The position numbers and the translations under genes were made by a program. A stretch of 64,000 bases of DNA from the human T2T-CHM13v2.0 reference genome, Homo sapiens, in assembly GCF_009914755.1 (NCBI RefSeq), contig NC_060928.1. One strand, written 5' to 3'. Shown in pieces: positions 53,210-64,000 of this stretch (position 1 is the first letter of the stretch; each line of letters begins with the position of its first letter). The notes under the pieces were generated by a model. The model was not told the DNA's origin. It did not search any database and was given only the letters and a program-made list of their open reading frames with translations.

Positions 53210-54120
53210 GTAGGTAGGTAGTTCTATGCAGTTTGATCCCATGTAAAACTTCATCACAACCACCATCAGGAAACAGAACTGCTCCATCACCAAAAAAGAC
53301 TCACTCATACTACTCCTTTATTTTCACCCAACCCCATCCCTGTTACCTAGTAGCCACTGTTCCCCATCTCTATAGTTTTATCATTTCAAGAATACTATGT
53401 AAATGCAATCATACAGGTTGTAATTTTTTTATATTGGCCCTTTTTTCACTAAGCATGATGCTCTTCAAGTCTATCCAAGTTTATGCAGGTCTCAGTAGTT
53501 TGCTCCTTTCCATTGTTGAGTACCATTCCACTGAATGAATGCACCAGAGTTTGTTTAACCATTTACCCACTGAGGAGCATTTGGGTTGTTTCCAATTTTT
53601 GACTATTGCAAATAACGCTGCTGTGAACATTCAAGAGCAGATTTTTGCATGAGCATAAGTTTTTATTTCTCTGGAATAAATGCCAAAAGTACAGTCTTTG
53701 GGTCATACAAAAAATGCATATTTAGTTTTATAAGAAATTGCCAGACAATTTTCAGAGTGGCTGTACCAATATACATTCCCACCAGTAATGTAAGACTGAT
53801 CTAGTTTCTCCACGCTGCCATTCTCCACAGCATTTGATATTGTCACTATTTTTAATTTTACGTGACCTAATAGGTGAGTGGTGATGTCTCATTGTGATTT
53901 TAATTTGCATTTTCCTAATGGCTAATGATGTTGAACAACTTTTCATGTTTATTTGCCTTTCATAGGTCCTCTTTGGTGAAATGTGTCTTCATGCCTTTTG
54001 CTCATTTTCTAAGTAGATTATTTGTTTCTTTACTCTTGAGTCTTAGTTTTTCATATATTCTAATCTAGCTACAAGTCCTTTATTGGATATGTGGTCTTGC
54101 AAACATTTTCTCCTAGTGTT
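53110..54120 (-). mobile_element. Old L1 (L1MC/MD-like) 3' end and ORF2 C-terminus
   Basis: Antisense ORF fragment MKSCSTSLAIRKMQIKITMRHH; typical 3'UTR motifs. Confidence 0.85.
53153..53222. repeat. Compound microsatellite (CG)7(TG)18(TAGG)4
   Basis: Direct reading. Confidence 0.95.
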
Positions 54121-57100
54121 CGTATTGTTAATCCATAAAATGGTGTTTTAAAGAACTGCTGAAGGTCTCACAAATTCAAATGCGTTTGAAAGAAAATATT
54201 GAAAAATAACAAATACCTTAAAAGACTATAAATAATAGTCATTTCCCAAGTTTTTCTGAAACAATGAGAAATTAGTATTACATTTTAGGTAGCAGATGTA
54301 TGAAGGTCATTGAGACCCATGGGGAAAAGTTACATTTTAGTGTACCTACACCAGACTGATTTATTCTCTTTACCTTAAATTGAAGACAGGGGGATGAGAA
54401 CATTGAAGTGATTTACTAAGAAGTTTATCAAGCATATGCCAATATAATTATTTTTTTAATCCTGCAAGAAAATAGATGTCAATAAATAAGTCATTTATAA
54501 GCTAATGGGACTTATTTCCAGTGTATTGAAATTGAAAGAGAAGCTTATTTAAAGATTAAGAAAGACATTAAGGAATGCATTTCAGACACATTAAATGGTA
54601 CTAATAATGTGCTAAGTATTTACCTCTAAATGAAGGAAAGGTCTAGAATTTAAAAAACAACTAAGTGAAAGAAAAGCATCTTATTAGCAAACAAAAACCA
54701 AACATTGTGCAATATACTAACTAAATATCAAGAATAATTATCACTATCACTATTTTTAAAAACTGATTAAAAAAAGCAAATCTTTTTAATAATGATGGGA
54801 AAATAGATATTTGCTTATTACCTGAGAAAACAAAATAATCCTCTAGGGTAGTTTCAAAAATATAACACTTCAGTAATTAAAATAAAATTATAATTAATGG
54901 ATTAGATTCTGTGTATATGCAGATAAAACAGTAATATAATTAAGCATAATGATGAAAATAGAATACAGTGTTATTGGTGAGACCTTGCTTCATATTATCT
55001 AATTCTAGAAAAACACTGGGCAATAAAGATAATGATTTGTAGCAGATGTCTCTCCCTTGCATTAGTGGAAATGTTAACATAGTTTTCAAAGTTATACTAA
55101 AATCATCAGCTAACTTGTCTAATCTGAACTACTCTGAAAACTGTATGTTCTGAAAAGCTATTTCAAATAAGAAGTCTGTTTTTGAAAAACCAGTGTTACA
55201 GAATGACTCCTATGGTTGGGGGAACCCTGAACCACCAAAATTGAACAACTGTCTTACCTCTATACCCTAAAATGAAAAGGCTGCTTTATTGTTTTCTGAT
55301 GACAGGAAAACATTGGATGGCTATTCATGTTTGCTGCAAGATTTGGATACAATCAAAGCCAAAGATCCATCCAAGTTCTACATCTGGGAATTGGAGTTAG
55401 CCAAACAAACAACAACAAAAAAGTTACGATTAACCAAGTTTTTATCTCACTGCCTAAAATCATACTCCCAGAATTCTTAGCACTGCATATCTATCAATAA
55501 TACACACTATTCTATCACCCATATTTGAAAACCATAACATGTCTTCCTCTTTCACTGTGACATCAGGTAGCCACATGTTCTGCCAGAATTATGTAAAGGA
55601 AGGAGTTTATTTTATCACTGAGGACGGGAAACCAGGGTTTTTGAAGTCTTAATGAGTAGAAGCCCGAAAAATTGTCATTTCAAAGCCTCAAGGCCTTTTA
55701 TTAAGCCTCCCGAGAGGTTGAAGCAGAAATTCATCTGTGGAACACATAATTTGTATGGGGGAAATCAACAGAATGAATCCTTTCATTACACAACGTAAAG
55801 GATTGATTCCTTGATCTTGAGGAAAACGTTGACATGGCCATCAGCCTCCTTCATGCTTTAGAAAAGGTGTTTTAGACAGTTGAGCGTGCTGTTCAGAAAT
55901 GCAGTAGCACTCCGCCTATGAGCCAGCCTTGTTTGGAGAGGAGAGAAGAAAGGGAGGTGTGTGAGAGACAGGACATTAGGTCAGGTTCTGTCTGATCGAG
56001 GCAATGCACTGTATTTCAAATTATTCCTCGTTCTTGTGGAGGAGTTTTGGGGTTGTTTATTTGTTTGCATTTTGTTTTGTTTCACTCTCTTTTATTATAG
56101 TAAGTGGAGATCTGACATTGAAAAAATGGCCGGAAAAAAATTTCAATTCACATTGGAGGAAAGATGTGACTCTCCTCCACAGGTTCTCATGCTGTGATTT
56201 TTCAAAAGGCAATTAAGTCAGAATGCACAGATGTGGGCCTGCTGGGCACTATCCTACAAGACCTTGTGTGGTTTTCTCTGAAGGGAGAGGACACTCCCAT
56301 TGCCAGCATCTTGCACCAGAAAATAATCTAAGAAATTCCTCCCTCTCTCTGAGCTGCGTGGTAATTGGGCTTAGGCTCCAAAGCAACTTGCAGCCTGGGG
56401 GGATGTCAAGCTGGGGGGTTCAGGCCAGAGGTCAAATTGGGACTGTGAGATGTGAAAGAATAGTCAAATCTCATAGCTGGTTGTAAATTAAGTTCCATGG
56501 TGTTTTCCCTGAACTTTCAATAAAGTCCTAATAAAACACATGGTTTGGTCTCAACTCTGTACGGGGAGTTAAGTGAACTTCCTAACCTAATTAGGAATGA
56601 TGGGATGAAAGACAAAGCAGGCCAGAACAATGAAAACTGTTCCAGTCTGTAAGAGTTGACTGGAGCTTCAGAAGGTAATAGACAGAGGCCTTGGTGGGGC
56701 TGCTTAACAAGGAGCCTGGAGCAGAAGGGCTGGTGAGAAATATATCACAAACAGACATAAGACAGGGCTCTCAGGAAGAACAAAAAGTGAGGCGGGCAGG
56801 CTGGGTGAGGGCCTAACATCCTAAAATTCCAAGAAGTTGCAAACCCAACATGAATTATCATTTATGCTTAAGTAGAAAATTCAGATTGATATGGGCTGAA
56901 AATGCACTTGCTAATACGATGTCTTTTTAATTAATCCCTTCCCACTGCATCCCAGCACCATCACTCTGGTCCAGCTCCTCACTGCCTGATGGCCAGATTC
57001 CTGCAACAACCTAGAATTCAGAAACCGAATTACTCTCCCTGACATATGGACTTAACACCATGACATTAATCTTCACAAAACATTGACTTCATCATAGGAC

Positions 57101-57884
57101 TTTTGCACCCACACAAATCATATGCAATGGCATAAAATTCCACATCTTGGATCATCAATGATGATGCTAGTGAAAAGAGGCAGGAAAACATAGGCCTTAA
57201 AGAGTATGAAAGAATTAACCAATAACCTGGGTTGAGACCTTTGAATGAGAGTAGGCTAGGAATAGACTTCACACATCTCAATCCTGAGAGATGAGCGAGA
57301 AGGGGATTGGGAACAAGAGTTCTTATCAATGAGGACTGTGAAGGCATACAGAAAAGACCTGTGCTGGAGACCACCAAGCAAGCATAAGAGACTGTAGCTG
57401 CCTTAGCTAGGAACTGGAGGCTTCAGCAGTCTCTACCCTCCAGCAGGATGCAGTGCAAACTTGCCCAGATGCCTTGAAAACAACATGTGTGATTTATTTC
57501 CCCAATCAGAAGTTGAAAGGAAAATATAATATGGTAACATAGTTTTCCAGTTGGGATTGCTGGTGGTTAAGAGAACACTGTAAGCCATGTGTAACTGCAC
57601 ATTTATGAAGAACCTGCTGCATGCTGGTCCCTAAGGCAGCATGGAGGAAGAATTGGAAGCCACAGGCCATGTCTTCCTGTTGCCAAGACCTAGAAGTTAA
57701 ATAAAGGAGAGACTTTTATAGGAAAATGTAACAGGCTCCCCAGTAAAAGGGAGCATAGGCTACTGTGGGAACCTATAAGGAGTCCAAGAAACTGGGACCC
57801 AAGGAGGACACAGGAGAACTTCCTGGAGGAAGTGACATCTGATCTGAGATACCATGATTAAGCAGGTGCTAGCCTAATATAAAA

Positions 57885-58365
57885 GGACGGTCATTTCTCA
57901 GGCTGCTGCAACAAATTACCATAGGCTTGGTGAATTAAAGCAACAGGAACTGGAGAGAATTCTCCAGGTTATGAAGGGCAAAGTCTGAAATCAGCATCAT
58001 CAGGCCCCAAGATGTCAGGGTTGTGTTCCCTCTGGAGATTTTCAGGATGTCTCTTCCTTGCATCTTTCAGCTTCTGGGGGCTGCTGGCATTCCTTGGTTT
58101 GTTTTCATGTCACTCCAGTCTTTGCCTCCACCTTCACATTGCCCTCTCCTCTGTGTGGGTCAAGTCTCCCTCTGCCTCCCTCATTAAAGGACACTTGGGA
58201 TTAGACTTAGCATCCCCAGATAATCCAGGATAATCTCTCCATTTCAAGATGCTTAACTTAATCATATGTCAAAAGATTCTTAACTTTTTTTCCACAGAAG
58301 GTAACATCGCTTGTTCAGGAATTAGGACATGGCTATTTTTGGGGGATCACTTTTCTACCTACCAC
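57885..58365 (-). mobile_element. MLT1 (MLT1C-like) MaLR LTR within an antisense L2 (~57600-58580)
   Basis: 'ggctgctgcaacaaattacca', 'cagcttctgggggctgctggcattccttgg', 'gataatccaggataatctc', ends 'cctaccaca'. Confidence 0.85.
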
Positions 58366-59159
58366 AGAAGGGACAGGTGAGGGGCATTCTAGGAAGTAAA
58401 TGAGGTGTGCACAAAGGCTCAGAAATGTGAGAGAGGGTTGGGGAATTTGGGGAGAGTAGAGAGTTTAATATGGCTTGGGTGTCGGTTGCGAGTTAAGAGT
58501 GGAGAGAAAGAAAGCTGCAGAGGTAAGAAGCATCTACAATATAAAAAGTTTTATGGTTTATTCTCTTGCAATCTTAAGGAGAAATGCCCAAGAAAGCAAC
58601 ACTGCCTGAACACCCTTGTGCATCACTGAGCATTAGAAGCTGTTCTGGAGACATGGACCGAGCAGGAGAACAGGTGCCATTGCAAGGATTAGTGTTGTCA
58701 TGCATCAAAGGAGTACATGGGCCTCTTCTGCAGGGAACCACATGCACCCCAGGGGAATGGGTCCCTTTGGGGGAGCTTAAAAATAAGAGTTAACTGCTAA
58801 ACCCCAGCTGCTTCTCACCAGAGCTCCTCAGCCATTCCTCTCTGAAACATTTCAAGGTGGAATCTGTAGTTTGGGTAACGTAGCTTATGTAAGCTGTATT
58901 TCTCTAGGATCTCTTGTTCACAAATAAATATATAGATGGCTAGAGAAATATTTCTCCCAAAAGCTTCTTCATCCTGTCCAGTCACCACGCCCACCAAAAT
59001 TTTTCATTTTTCTGGTCAAGGAGCAGTGACTGAAGGGCCCCTGCATCATCCTCCTTATTCCCTTATAGTTTGGGTTTCTTCAGGTGAAAGAGAGACACAG
59101 AGAGAAGGATAGAGAGAGATGGGGGAGGGAAGCACAGTGAGACAGAAAAGGAGAATACG

Positions 59160-59380
59160 TCAGTGAGTAAGTTCACTAAGTATTTACCAAACACCTACTG
59201 TGTGCCAGGCACTATTCAGGTTATACAGAAAATAGCAGTAAGCAAGACACAAGGAATTCACATCCCAGAAGTTTCGTGTTGTCCTTCCTGTGTCCTGCTC
59301 CCTGCTTAGCACTGTGCTAAGCTCTTTGTACACATTATTTCTTTGTACCCCACAGAAATGGAGATGAAACAAGAGGTCAG
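59160..59380. mobile_element. L2 3' end and MIR fragments
   Basis: 'acacctactgtgtgccaggcactattc'; 'gcactgtgctaagctctttgtacacattattt'. Confidence 0.6.
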
Positions 59381-59979
59381 AGAGAGAGATGGACCTGCCC
59401 TCAAGATAGATGTAAAAGTAGAAATGGAGAAGGTCTATCTGAAAATTATCTGGATATTACCTTGCCTATAGAACTTAATTTCCTACAGCCATTTTTTTCA
59501 GACTGCAGGCTGGAATCAGACAGTTTTCCCGAAACCCCAGCCAAGTAAAGCAAAAGAGTTCCAAGGATAAATAAAGGGAAAAGTTCACAAGTTTGACCAG
59601 CACTTTTGGCCATGGTAAAGTAATATGGACTTGGCTGGATACTCCTGGTTATTTATAGAGCAAGTAAACACTAAAACATGCTGCAATTGCAGATGGCTGG
59701 GCCAGATGATCTGTCACGGTCCCTTCCAACTCCATTTATTTTGTGATATTTTATTTTTGCCCTAGTACCTATCACAAGGGCTAATAAGTGAGCCATTATT
59801 ATGAAGGAGAAAAAAGCCCAGACAAAAATTTTGTATGATTTTGTAAGTAAAATCAAATAATATGAAGGGAGGAAATGCACTTTTTAAAGGAGGGAATAAT
59901 TGCATTTCTAATTTGATAAAACCTAATCAACAAGAAGATCTTCTAGTCACTTGTGCGTAGGGAGATTCCTATGACTACA

Positions 59980-60115
59980 AAACCATAAAAGACCTGAGAG
60001 GTCATCAGAAGAGCCCCTCAAATTTTACAGAAAAGGCTACTGTGGCCCAGAAAGGTGATGTGGCACACCCAGGTCTTCTGACTCCTGTCCGAAGGTCTTT
60101 TATCCAAACCACTGT
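59980..60115. mobile_element. MIR fragment
   Basis: 'ttttacagaaaaggctactgtggcccagaaaggtga...cccaggtcttctgactcc'. Confidence 0.6.
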
Positions 60116-61134
60116 TCAAATCATTTTAATATAGATTGTCTTCTCAATTAAGGAACTCCTAGAAAATTCTAGTCCTAGTAAAAGTTAAAATAGATACATT
60201 CGATATGCTAATGTGTGTGATTTGTGCTTACAATATAATTTTATAAGGGGTATATCAATCCATATAAAATGTAATGATTATCTATAGAGACAACTTCTCC
60301 TAACTCATAAGCTATACCAAGAAGCTGTTTAACTCTTTTACAACAAGTACATAACACTGAAGTAAATTATGGCCTCAGTGGTACATTATGTTATGTCTTG
60401 TTTAAATAATTTCTAAAGAAACAACTTAAATCTGGAGCTTGGCTCACATCTGAGCTCCCCCTGGAATCACGAGGAATAATCTGGCAATGAAATATCCTAG
60501 CTAGAGACTTTTATTCATCTGCATAAACATAAGGAAAATATTTTATTTGAGGTACTTTAGGACTCAAGTATTTTTTTGTAGGTTTCCTTGTTTTTAACAG
60601 GAATATGAGATTTTCAGGCAAGAAACATCCTCGTGGGTTTTGAGACTAAGAGGAGAACATCAAGATGTTGTTATCTAGAGCAAACAAAAAAGCATAAACC
60701 TGCCAGGTGAGAAACCAAGTCAATCAGTTGTTCATTATTCTCTTTCTTCCTGCTGTCGAGCAAAATAATACTTCAATCATCCCATTAAAATGTCAAACGC
60801 CTTCCAAAACATAATTGGACAAAAAGATTCTATTGAGCCATGGTCACCTCACAATCTGATGCAAAAAGCAGAAGGGAAGGCCAGCGATCAGCCTTATGGC
60901 AGATCCATTATTACCTCAACAGGAAGAGTCTGTCTTTATTTATGAAGAAAATCAATGCCCACAAGAGGTTCTTAGTGCTAGTTTTAGGAGAGAAAAGTCC
61001 AGTATGACCATGATAAAATAACTTTGTAGTGAATAGCATAGTAAAGACATTAATATTTATTGAGTACTTACAATTAGTTCAGTACTTGAATTATTTACTT
61101 AGTCCTCACGAAAATCCTTTAAGATGTCCATCTG

Positions 61135-61136
<2 letters not shown>

Positions 61137-61167
<31 letters not shown>
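61137..61167 (+). repeat. A31 homopolymer within a MIR remnant (~61050-61290)
   Basis: Direct reading. Confidence 0.9.
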
Positions 61168-61173
<6 letters not shown>

Positions 61174-62005
61174 GAAAAGAAAACAAGTCTACAATGGTTA
61201 ATAGCCCAAGTCTACGAATAAGAAAAGCTGTGAATAGAAAGCCAGATCTCTCTTTCCCCAGGTTTGTACCCTTGCATCACTTAGAGATTTTTCTCATCAA
61301 ACAATCCAAAAGGAGCATTGGAATAAGCTTTTGAGGATATGACGTGACCTTCTCCTTTCAATACAAGAAAAGAAATTTTGAATAAGAAAATCTGAAATTT
61401 CTATTGTTATAATTATGTGCTAATTTCAGAATTCTTTACCTGAGAATTGTGAGGATTTTGTGGTCATGAATCTACAGCAATCATTAAGGAAAATCCTAGA
61501 TGATTTCTTTTGCCTCAGATTCTGCAGCCCTTGCCGAATGAAATTTTTGTCATCTGAGAACACCAACATTTGTTCCCAGTTCTCTGGAGGGCATTAGAGT
61601 CAAAAAGAGTTGTATGAGTATGTTCTCTAAATGGATTTTCCTCAACAATCACTGAACACCTAACAAGACAACAAGAACTTGTGATGTATAAGAGTTTCTA
61701 GCTGATGGGACGTCTGTTGACATCCACAGCCTCTGAACTGGAGGAAATCGTACAGTATCTGTCACAGGGTTTCACATGCTATTTTAAGCACTTGTGATGA
61801 GGAAGATTTTCTGCCAAATAGGATGCACCCAAGAGAGACAAAAACTATTAAACTTTTTGGTTGCTCTAAAAAATCCTATTTAGCATTACTTTAAAATAAG
61901 TTATTACTGAAGAGAGAAATAACAACATGGAAATCACAGCATATGTGTAAACCTATTTATGAAGCCATTTCAGAAAATTTTATAATAGATAATAACAGGC
62001 TAATT

Positions 62006-62031
62006 GTGTGTGTGTGTGTGTGTATGTGTGT
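62006..62031. repeat. (TG)n microsatellite
   Basis: Direct reading. Confidence 0.9.
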
Positions 62032-63067
62032 TTTCTTATATAATTTTTTTTGCTGTATTGTGAATGTCAAGTTAATTAAAGACGGAAACTATACAATCCA
62101 AAATATCATCTCTGTGTGACTCCAGGTTAGTTGTTAGTGTTAGCCAAAAAAAATAAAGGAACTTGTACAAAAAATTGGAATGCAGAAGTAAAACTGTAGA
62201 CATGGTCAAATTTGGTTATAGATGGAGGCAAAGGTGCCCTGGAGGGTCCCAGCTGGCCCCCACTCCCTTCTGTCCTGTATCTAGCTCTCCCTCCTGACTA
62301 ATGGCAAAGCTAGTCCACAGTGCCCCAGGCCCACAACCAGATGCTAAGCTGTGGACCCACAGAGGCCTCTCCACATGCTTCCCTGTTGTGAGAGCTGGAC
62401 ATGGAAGCTCTGATTTGTCCATCCATGCCAGGGCTTCAGACAGACTAAGGATGCTTCCCTGATTTTCTGACTTCCACTTTGAGACCTTCACTTCCCCAGT
62501 CCCTCTCACAGCTGTGAAAGGACTAATTTTTATAATTTATTTACTCCATAATATGCATAGTGGCTCTGCATTTCCAAATGAATTTTGACTGACACAGTTG
62601 TACATATTACACACATTACATGCATACATACATACATACACGTACACATGCATTTATCCACATGTATGTTATATAATTCTTTATTAAATTCCTTATATAT
62701 TACATGATTCTTATAACTAGGTTTCTAAGTCATTTTCTATATCCTCAATACCTAGCACAGTATCTGATATAAAATGTATATGCAGTATTTATTGAATGCA
62801 AAATGAATGGCAAGCTAATTTTTAGATCGCTGAAAAATATTCTTCTACCCAATGGAAGTCAATGCTCAGTAATTCTGGGAAATTATGCCAACATCAAAGA
62901 GTTCTTAAAAGTACAATTTTCAAATTTAGATTTATGATTATATATAATGGGCTTATTAAAAGTAATATTCAGAGATAATAGATTCCAGACCTGCTCAACT
63001 ACAGTGTTTTCCTGCAATATCATGTCAGCTATTTTCTTTTCTCCCTAAAATTAGGAAATTTCAAGTA

Positions 63068-63864
63068 TAGGCATACCTCATTGCATTATACTTCACTTTA
63101 TTGCACTTCACAGATAGTGCATTTTTAGTAAATTAAAGATTTGTGGCAACCCTGCATCAAGCAGATCTGTCAGCGCCATTTTTCCAACAGCATGTACCCA
63201 CATCGTGTCTCTGTGTCACATTTTAGTAATTTTGCAATATTTCAAACTTTTTCATTACTCTTATAACTGTTATGGTGATCTGTGATCAGTGATATTTGAT
63301 GCTGCTACTGTAATTATTTCCGGGTGACACAAACCATGCCCATATTAGACAGCAAACTTATTTGATAAATGTTGTGTGTGTGCTGACTGCTCCACAGACT
63401 AAACCAGCCATTCCCCCATTTCTCTTCCTCTCTTCGGGCCTCCTTATTTCCCGAGACACAACAATATTGAAATTAGTCCTATTAGTAACCCTGCAATGGT
63501 AACTAAGAGGTCAAGTAGCAGGAAGAGTCCTGTGTCTCTCATTTTAAATCAAAAGCTAGAAATGACTAAACTTAAGAGGAAGAAGTGTTGAAAGCCAAGA
63601 AAGGCTGAAAGTTAGGCCTCTTGCACCAAACGGTAAGCCAACTTGTGAACGCAAAAGAAAAGTTCTTAAAGAAAATTGAAAGTGTTACTCCAGTGAACAC
63701 ATGAATAAGAAAACGAAATAGTTTTTATTGTTGATAGGGAGAATATTTTAGTGATCTGGATAGAAGCCACAACATTCTCGTAAGCCAAAGTCTAGTTCAG
63801 AGCAAGACCCTAACTCTCTTCAGTTCTATGAAGGTTGATAGAGGTGAGGAAGGTGCACAAGGAT
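63068..63864 (+). mobile_element. Tigger1 5' part with decayed transposase start (~63496)
   Basis: TA then (c/t)aggcatacctc TIR; 'tttgtggcaaccctgcatcaagca'; 'aaatcaaaagctagaaatga...gaaagccaagaaaggctgaaagttaggcctcttgcacc'. Confidence 0.92.
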
Positions 63865-64000
63865 GGCCGGGCATGGTGGCTCATGCCTGTAATCCTAGAA
63901 CGTTGGGAGGCTGAGCCAGGAAGGATCATCTGAGGTCAGGAGTTCAAGACCAGGCTGGCCAACATGGTGAAACCCCATCTCTACTAAAAATACAAAATTA
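63865..64000 (+). mobile_element. Alu left arm (cut by window end)
   Basis: ggccgggcatggtggctcatgcctgtaatcc...ctactaaaaatacaaaatta. Confidence 0.95.

Noticed and set aside
63496-63864. Possible domesticated Tigger transposase (TIGD1-like)
   Set aside because: Frame is disrupted (no ORF of 60 aa or more in the track) and interrupted by an Alu; ordinary Tigger1 fossil.

Overview
Primate (catarrhine, probably ape) nuclear DNA, AT-rich and dominated by transposable-element relics (L1 of several ages, L2, MIR, Alu, MaLR/ERVL/ERV9 LTRs, Tigger/hAT/Tc2 DNA transposons). No intact host protein-coding exon could be identified; nearly all ORF-track entries are L1/Alu/LTR fragments or chance ORFs. The one gene-derived object is a young, full-length processed retrocopy of NOB1 (23914-25757; poly(A), TSD, CpGs largely retained). 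A 1-bp frameshift splits it into a PIN-domain ORF and a C-terminal ORF that overlap as ATGA, and it carries an extended 5' end with an NRF1-type motif. Other notable structures: an L1 insertion with a doubled 3' end plus a ~430-bp 3' transduction inside one TSD (32977-35085); an old L1 whose 3' half is flipped in place with a ~110-bp inverted breakpoint duplication (39645-45268); a fold-back insertion with a foreign spacer (35324-35450); an enhancer-deleted LTR12 lacking a TSD; a tailless U2 retropseudogene; and several local duplications. Repeat subfamily names are from recalled consensus sequences and are approximate. I found no evidence for a novel multi-gene system; the candidates for novelty are retrotransposition and repair products.
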